A stretch of DNA of 64,000 nucleotides from a virus (lineage: Duplodnaviria > Caudoviricetes), in the IMG/VR virus record IMGVR_UViG_3300028591_000084, one strand, 5' to 3'. The notes beneath the pieces were generated by a model that had not been told where the DNA came from, made no database searches, and worked only from the letters and a program-made list of their open reading frames with translations. Numbering within the stretch: the stretch's first letter is position 1; every line of letters starts with the position of its first letter. This document shows, piece after piece, positions 58,752 to 64,000 of the stretch. The position numbers and the translations under genes are program-made.

Positions 58752-59318
58752 ATGCTTAGTGCAGAGTATATAAGGAGTATAAAAGAAAAACTCCTTGCGT
58801 GTTGTGAGAATCCTGATGACTTGAAGAAGTTCTTGTCTCAGGAGAATATTGGAAAGGAGGATTACGATATGATTTATTCTTATTATTTTCCAGAGAATAT
58901 TGGTGATAGAGAATTACCTGGAATCATTAATAAGAGTAGAGAGCAAAGAGGTTTTCTGGAAGGATTCTTACAACCAGACTCTATTGAAATTGGGATCTTA
59001 ACCCGAGCTTATAGTACTAGACAGTATAATAGGTATATGCTTCATTTATTGAATTCTTTCATTAATCATAGTGATAAGATTCAAGTTGAAGGTGGTTACG
59101 GTCAACATCAATGTGGGGTATGTGGTAAGAATATCTTTTGTTATGACACTTGGGATTTAATATTGAAACAAAATCCTACTTGGGAAGCTGAGAGGACGAA
59201 TAGACAATATTTATCCTTTACAAGTGATTATACAAATCAGAGAATATGTATTAACTGTCTTATTCAGTTGCGAGGATTATGGGACTGGATAGAGACTTTA
59301 AAACAGGTAAAATGCTGA
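58752..59318 (+). CDS. zinc-binding hypothetical protein
   Basis: CGVC...CINC. Confidence 0.75.
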   Translation: MLSAEYIRSIKEKLLACCENPDDLKKFLSQENIGKEDYDMIYSYYFPENIGDRELPGIINKSREQRGFLEGFLQPDSIEIGILTRAYSTRQYNRYMLHLLNSFINHSDKIQVEGGYGQHQCGVCGKNIFCYDTWDLILKQNPTWEAERTNRQYLSFTSDYTNQRICINCLIQLRGLWDWIETLKQVKC

Positions 59319-59436
59319 TCAAAACCGGTCAATATCTTATTAGTAGAGAACTTAGTTTTGATTAACAGACAATTTGAATGGAGAATTAGACAAGTTCTGA
59401 TTCTCCATCTCTTTTTAACAATTTAAAAAATTTAAA

Positions 59437-60078
59437 ATGATTAAAAATTTATTTGTTTTGGTTTGCAGCTTGGCCATTATTTCTTGTGCTGGCTGTAAGG
59501 GTAATCAAGAATCGCAAGAGCAGGAAACTCAGGCCACAGCAGTTGCCCCTCTTACTGTAGAGCAGGCTATTTCTATGGACCGTGAGTTTATGTATCTTAA
59601 CCATGCTAAGGATTATCGTTGGTTTGAGACTGATCTTGTTTTGAATGATTGGTTTGATTCTGAGGGTTGTGATGGTTCTGTTGAATCTGTACTCAACGTT
59701 TTTCAGACAGTTATTCAATGCAGTGAAACTACCTACGATACCATGGTTTATAAGATTACCCACGAAAAGGGTGAGTCATTGGTTGATTCAGTTCATGGAT
59801 TCTATGTCGAAGCTGTTATTCTGAATGAGGAAGACATTAAACTGACTTATAAAGAGGCCTATGAGGTTACCACTAAGGTTAATCTCCCCAAGCCTCATTC
59901 CAAGCATTGCACTCTCTACAAACCCGTTGGCCCCGTTGATTGTAATCCCCAGTATGTGTTTGGTAATACCAAGCAACAGATTTGGGTTGATGCAGTGACA
60001 GGCGAAGCTACTGATTCAAATCCCGCATTTAAAGGTTATGAGTCTAGTTTTGGTAAGCCTCTGGGTGAGTGGCCCTAA
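59437..60078 (+). CDS. lipoprotein with PepSY-like C-terminus
   Basis: Signal II ..LAIIS-C/AG-C; WVDAVTGE. Confidence 0.75.
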   Translation: MIKNLFVLVCSLAIISCAGCKGNQESQEQETQATAVAPLTVEQAISMDREFMYLNHAKDYRWFETDLVLNDWFDSEGCDGSVESVLNVFQTVIQCSETTYDTMVYKITHEKGESLVDSVHGFYVEAVILNEEDIKLTYKEAYEVTTKVNLPKPHSKHCTLYKPVGPVDCNPQYVFGNTKQQIWVDAVTGEATDSNPAFKGYESSFGKPLGEWP

Positions 60079-60085
60079 GTTTTCA

Positions 60086-60126
60086 GTCCCCTATCGCTAA
60101 TATCAGAGGTAGGGGATTTTAATTTT
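60086..60126 (+). terminator. intrinsic terminator
   Basis: gtcccctatc/ggtaggggat followed by T-rich tract. Confidence 0.65.
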
Positions 60127-60129
60127 CGT

Positions 60130-60699
60130 ATGATAGATAAGATAGAGTATTTCTTTTTTCCTGACATACCTCTTCAACCTTACCCTATTTATCTGGTTAA
60201 TAAGTCGGGAAAGTTGGCTAATTTTAAGTCTATTGTGTATCCTAATTCGACGAGTGTGAAGAGATACACAAGGAAGAAACAATTAAGATACAGATCACAG
60301 CAGGCTAAGATCATGGATGCCATTATTAATATTGGCTATTTTGACCCCCTAGTTGTTTACCGAGAATTTCCAGTACCTGTTCAAAATGTGTATAGACTGC
60401 CTGATCAAAAACGGCTCTATTATATTTTGGATTACTATTTTCCTAATTTAGATCTTGCTATTGAGTTGGATTCAGATTATCACGATTCTCAAACTAAGGA
60501 TCCTGATGATCTTCGTGATAGATACTTAATGGAAGCTCATGGTATTAAAGTTCTTAGACTTAGGGATCTTCAGAAAGAGTCTGTTCAAATGAAAAATTTT
60601 AGGGAGATGGCAGTTGAAATGAAGGGCTTAACTCCTCATGTTGAAGTTCCTCTGATTTTTACTAATGACCTTTCTAAGTTGATAAAAACGCAGTCTTAG
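60130..60699 (+). CDS. DUF559/Vsr-like PD-(D/E)xK endonuclease
   Basis: YILDYY...LAIELDSDYH...DxxRD...GIKVLR. Confidence 0.8.
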   Translation: MIDKIEYFFFPDIPLQPYPIYLVNKSGKLANFKSIVYPNSTSVKRYTRKKQLRYRSQQAKIMDAIINIGYFDPLVVYREFPVPVQNVYRLPDQKRLYYILDYYFPNLDLAIELDSDYHDSQTKDPDDLRDRYLMEAHGIKVLRLRDLQKESVQMKNFREMAVEMKGLTPHVEVPLIFTNDLSKLIKTQS

Positions 60700-60742
60700 T
60701 CCCGTTAAATCTTTATTATTAGTAAGTAAAACAAATTATAAT

Positions 60743-61342
60743 ATGGTAAAGATTATTACAGAAATTAATGTCACTGATCAGAAATTTAATATGACGGTAG
60801 AATCAGAGTCTACTTTGGTTAGTGATCATTTCTCGAGTCTTAAGGGGATGTTACTTAATGATTCTACTTCCCCTAGCGGTATAAATGTTGATCTTATTGG
60901 TAAGAACTCTGCAATTATTACTTTCCCAATTAGAGGAGGTATTATTAGAAAATCAGAAACTATGGCAGCTGTTAGTGACTCTGCTACTGAGGAGGTTAAC
61001 AAGGTAGCTAAGATTGTTTATAGATTTATTCAGGCTTACGTCAAGAGTCGTTTTAGCACGACAGAATTTCTCCCTATTCTTGATTTTAGTGGGGGTTATT
61101 CTTTTGAGGAGGCTCAGCATGATGCGCTTACTGCCGTTGAGAAGAAACGTGACATCTTAGTTATTGATACCTATGAGAGTTATAAGAAGCAGACAGAGTC
61201 AATGAGTTGTCAGTTTAATCAGTATCTTCTTAAATGGGGAACATCTGATTATGTAGATTTTGTCTTACTAATGAGACGAGGTGATCTGAAACAAATTAGA
61301 AAAACATACGGACCAAGACTTAAAAAATTTACTTGGTACTAA
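60743..61342 (+). CDS. hypothetical protein
   Basis: 199 aa; promoter CCC-gttaaat-CTTTA at 60701. Confidence 0.8.
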   Translation: MVKIITEINVTDQKFNMTVESESTLVSDHFSSLKGMLLNDSTSPSGINVDLIGKNSAIITFPIRGGIIRKSETMAAVSDSATEEVNKVAKIVYRFIQAYVKSRFSTTEFLPILDFSGGYSFEEAQHDALTAVEKKRDILVIDTYESYKKQTESMSCQFNQYLLKWGTSDYVDFVLLMRRGDLKQIRKTYGPRLKKFTWY

Positions 61343-61398
61343 AAACAAAACAATAAGAAGAGTGATTAATCCCGCTCTTCTCTTTTTTATTCTTTACT

Positions 61399-61980
61399 AT
61401 GATACAACTCAGCGATAATGTAATTCAGTATTTTCCCGGTGAAGGTCCTGGTCCTGAGGCCGCCGGGTTCATAAAGATAGCTCTTGTTGGTTCTGATTCT
61501 TATGAGCCTAGTGGAGCTTATGATTGGCAGGGTAAATTTGCTCAAGGATTAGCTAGTATTTGTGATCCTAACTCTGGTAATGGCCTAATAATGTACAAGA
61601 ATATGAAATTTGCAGTTCTAACTTGTAAGCCTGCCAACCCGCCTATAAATCCCGTATTGGAGCTTAACAACCCCGATGCTGTTAATAAAATTTCAGCCAC
61701 AATTGATTTTTGTGAACAGGCTGATGGAATTTTTTGTAACTTCCTAAAGAAATCAGAAGCTACTTTTCCAATATTTGCTTTTGGTTATCTGGCAAATTCT
61801 GGTAAGATGGTTGTTAGATGTCCGGAAGAATATAAGAATTATCCTCTGGTTAACATGATTTGCCAGAGAAAGGGTATCCCTCTTTATCCAGGGCGACTCA
61901 CTAACGTTCTAACAATTCTTCAAGGTCTCTTAACACTTCCCAATATTTCAAAATATCAGCAATATAGTCTCCCTGAGTAG
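61399..61980 (+). CDS. nucleoside 2-deoxyribosyltransferase-like protein
   Basis: ALVGS..DWQ, ADGI, PIFAFG, SGKMVVRCPEEY, MIC..GIP. Confidence 0.6.
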   Translation: MIQLSDNVIQYFPGEGPGPEAAGFIKIALVGSDSYEPSGAYDWQGKFAQGLASICDPNSGNGLIMYKNMKFAVLTCKPANPPINPVLELNNPDAVNKISATIDFCEQADGIFCNFLKKSEATFPIFAFGYLANSGKMVVRCPEEYKNYPLVNMICQRKGIPLYPGRLTNVLTILQGLLTLPNISKYQQYSLPE

Positions 61981-63200
61981 TGCGAAGCCTTGTTATTGTG
62001 AAGGGCTTAGTTGAAAAAAAGAAAACAGGATGGGCTAGAAAGGAGAATCTTCAGAATTTTTATCTGAATATTGAATCTGCCAGGAGTTTATTTTATAGAC
62101 CTGAATTTAGAGGGCAAAGGGAATTTCTTACTAAATCCTTTGATGACTTAGTCTATAAAGTCTTTATCAAATCACTCTGTACAAGATTAGCAACGGGATG
62201 TCTTGTTGTTGTGGATATGGGTCAAGAATCTACCACAATTCTTGAAGAACTAGCGGAAGTGTTTGGATATACAGTCTTTTACCATATTGAATCAACTCCA
62301 TCTGATTATCTCTCAAAATACAGAAAATATTGTAACCAGAAATACTCAATCCCTAGGAAAGAGCAGATTATGGATCAAATCAATAAGTTTAATGAGGAGA
62401 TCAAAGATATTCCAAAAATCAAGAAGGTTAATCAATATTCAGACTTAGAGAGATATTGGAAATATGAATTAAAAGAAAGAAGAATTCCTATAGATGGAAG
62501 TGTTTTACATGTATCTGACATTCATTCACACTATAGGATCCTTAATGATGAAGTACCGAGCCCAGAAGATTATAGCCTAACTGTTTTTGTTGGTGATTAT
62601 ATTGATGGTCCAGAAGTTGGAGGAAGTAGAAAAATCATAGATCAGATATTAAGTTACTCGGAAGATGATATTGTTTTTTTAGAGGGTAATCATGAGCTAA
62701 GACTTAGAAAATATCTTGGATACTTACTTTTTAAGTCGAGAGGAAGAAAAGTTGTATCTGAGATCTTACTTGAAGAGATACCAGATGAATTTTTGGAAAC
62801 AACTGCTAAAGAGTTTAAAGATCTCTTACCATTTGAAGCTCATGAAATGCTTGACAAACTTAATAAAATTCTTAAGGATTTTGTTATTTATTCTAGAGGG
62901 GATTGTACTTATATCTGTACCCATAGTGGTCTGAGGTGGCTTGAACAACTAAGCCCGAAGTATATAGGAAGTGTAATCTATTCAAATAAAAATGTAGATC
63001 GAATAGATAAAGCATTCTCAGACTCTTATAAGACTCAAAATATTTTTAGCATCCATGGACACTGTTCTTATCCTTCAGGCCTTGATTTCCTTAAATATGA
63101 TAGAGTAGTAAATATCGATGTTGAAAATGAAAATTGTATAAACTATTTTATAAACGAGAAAAATAATAAGTTTAAATTATGTATCTTAAAGGAAGAGTAA
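61980..63200 (+). CDS. PNKP-like fusion: degenerate kinase + metallophosphatase
   Basis: N-terminal LVIVKGLVEKKKT (broken P-loop); SDIH, GDYIDG, GNHE, THSG, HGH. Confidence 0.75.
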   Translation: MRSLVIVKGLVEKKKTGWARKENLQNFYLNIESARSLFYRPEFRGQREFLTKSFDDLVYKVFIKSLCTRLATGCLVVVDMGQESTTILEELAEVFGYTVFYHIESTPSDYLSKYRKYCNQKYSIPRKEQIMDQINKFNEEIKDIPKIKKVNQYSDLERYWKYELKERRIPIDGSVLHVSDIHSHYRILNDEVPSPEDYSLTVFVGDYIDGPEVGGSRKIIDQILSYSEDDIVFLEGNHELRLRKYLGYLLFKSRGRKVVSEILLEEIPDEFLETTAKEFKDLLPFEAHEMLDKLNKILKDFVIYSRGDCTYICTHSGLRWLEQLSPKYIGSVIYSNKNVDRIDKAFSDSYKTQNIFSIHGHCSYPSGLDFLKYDRVVNIDVENENCINYFINEKNNKFKLCILKEE

Positions 63201-63757
63201 AAGTAACTATTGATAAAGAGAACATAAATTCTTTTGTTGAGAATATTAAGAACTTTATAGGTTCAACAATTACTCTGGAGTTTGATTGGCAAGGTGCTGA
63301 ACCCATCGAATTTAATAAGGATGATGATGGGGAGAGAAAGAATACTACACAAATTTTCAATAGACTGGAAGATGGAGAGATATCACCAGCCATTGATGAG
63401 GACGTTAGAGCTATTTATCAGTGGGTCAAGGAGTGTCAGCCACAGACTATTATAAACTTTGATTCTTATCGTGCATACAGTATTCTCTCCTCTACTCTAA
63501 CCTTGAAAAAATCCAGAAATTCAATGTGGGGATTTCATCTAGGTGTTTGGAAGAGATATTTTAGCAATATTAGCACGGTCTACTTCGATGCTGAGACTGT
63601 TGAAGCAATTAGCAGCCTTCTAGATCAGTATAAAGATGGTTCAGAAAAATTTATGGCATTTCTTACTGGCTTAAAGAATGCTTGGCCTAAAATCAAACCA
63701 GATCATGACATACTCAAAGTAGTTGAGTTAGTTTTTAAAACAACAATTGCACCGTGA
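63179..63757 (+). CDS. hypothetical protein
   Basis: 192 aa. Confidence 0.75.
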   Translation: MYLKGRVKVTIDKENINSFVENIKNFIGSTITLEFDWQGAEPIEFNKDDDGERKNTTQIFNRLEDGEISPAIDEDVRAIYQWVKECQPQTIINFDSYRAYSILSSTLTLKKSRNSMWGFHLGVWKRYFSNISTVYFDAETVEAISSLLDQYKDGSEKFMAFLTGLKNAWPKIKPDHDILKVVELVFKTTIAP

Positions 63758-64000
63758 TAGGACTAGAAGATAGGATTAGATTTGCTAATGCCAAACTCAG
63801 AAATATAATTTATTACAGGCTAACAGTAGAAGAGGCTTGCGAGAAGTCTAGAGATCCTTATCTGAGTAGATATCGAGCAACTTATATGCATGTCTTAAGA
63901 TTATATCGAAAAATCTTAGTGGAACTTGTCAATGATATACCCCAAGAAGATCCAAGAAAGAATTGGTTTCAGGGAATTATTGACTTGATTTCCCCTAAAG
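63754..64000 (+). CDS. hypothetical protein, partial
   Basis: GTGA overlap; frame open to window end (MIGLEDRIRFANAKLRN...). Confidence 0.7.
   Translation, partial: MIGLEDRIRFANAKLRNIIYYRLTVEEACEKSRDPYLSRYRATYMHVLRLYRKILVELVNDIPQEDPRKNWFQGIIDLISPK

Noticed and set aside
1-64000. Alternative genetic code (TAG recoding as in Lak/crAss-like phages)
   Set aside because: Core genes are full length in code 11, and TAG ends several genes right before the next gene or promoter (e.g. 31058, 60699, 61980)
1-64000. tRNA/rRNA genes, integrase, transposase, DGR reverse transcriptase, capsid/terminase genes
   Set aside because: No recognisable motifs found by eye; a tRNAscan/HMM run would be needed to exclude them fully

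Overview
This window is an AT-rich, densely coded fragment of a large (probably jumbo) dsDNA bacteriophage in the standard genetic code. The host is probably Bacteroidota, inferred from TAnnnnTG/TAnnTTTG-like promoter cores, scarce Shine-Dalgarno sites and a Bacteroides-phage-like tail domain. It carries replication and nucleotide genes: NAD-dependent ligase, dUTPase, RNase HI, thyA, DHFR, primase, an SF2 helicase and a family A polymerase split by a 253-nt ORF-less group I intron. It also carries a broad proteostasis set (GroES/GroEL, Hsp20, ClpC, ClpP), a ParM-like actin, a MoxR AAA + HExxH-VWA pair, a GmrSD-like DUF262/DUF1524 nuclease, an RNAP alpha-CTD-like protein, several apparent pseudo-enzymes and tandem paralog arrays. 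The non-coding DNA holds the most unusual signals. (i) About 30 copies of a promoter-like motif, CCC-N7-CCTTA-N4-TG, often sit 1-3 nt before an ATG. (ii) An array of short ORF-less promoter / U-rich segment / GUGA-loop terminator cassettes lies at 40.7-41.0 kb and 44.3 kb (candidate sRNA family). (iii) A perfect 52-bp inverted repeat brackets the clpC...clpP block. (iv) hsp20 has a sigma54-type promoter with TGACA operators, next to a structured ncRNA candidate. All calls come from reading motifs by eye; no database searches were run.
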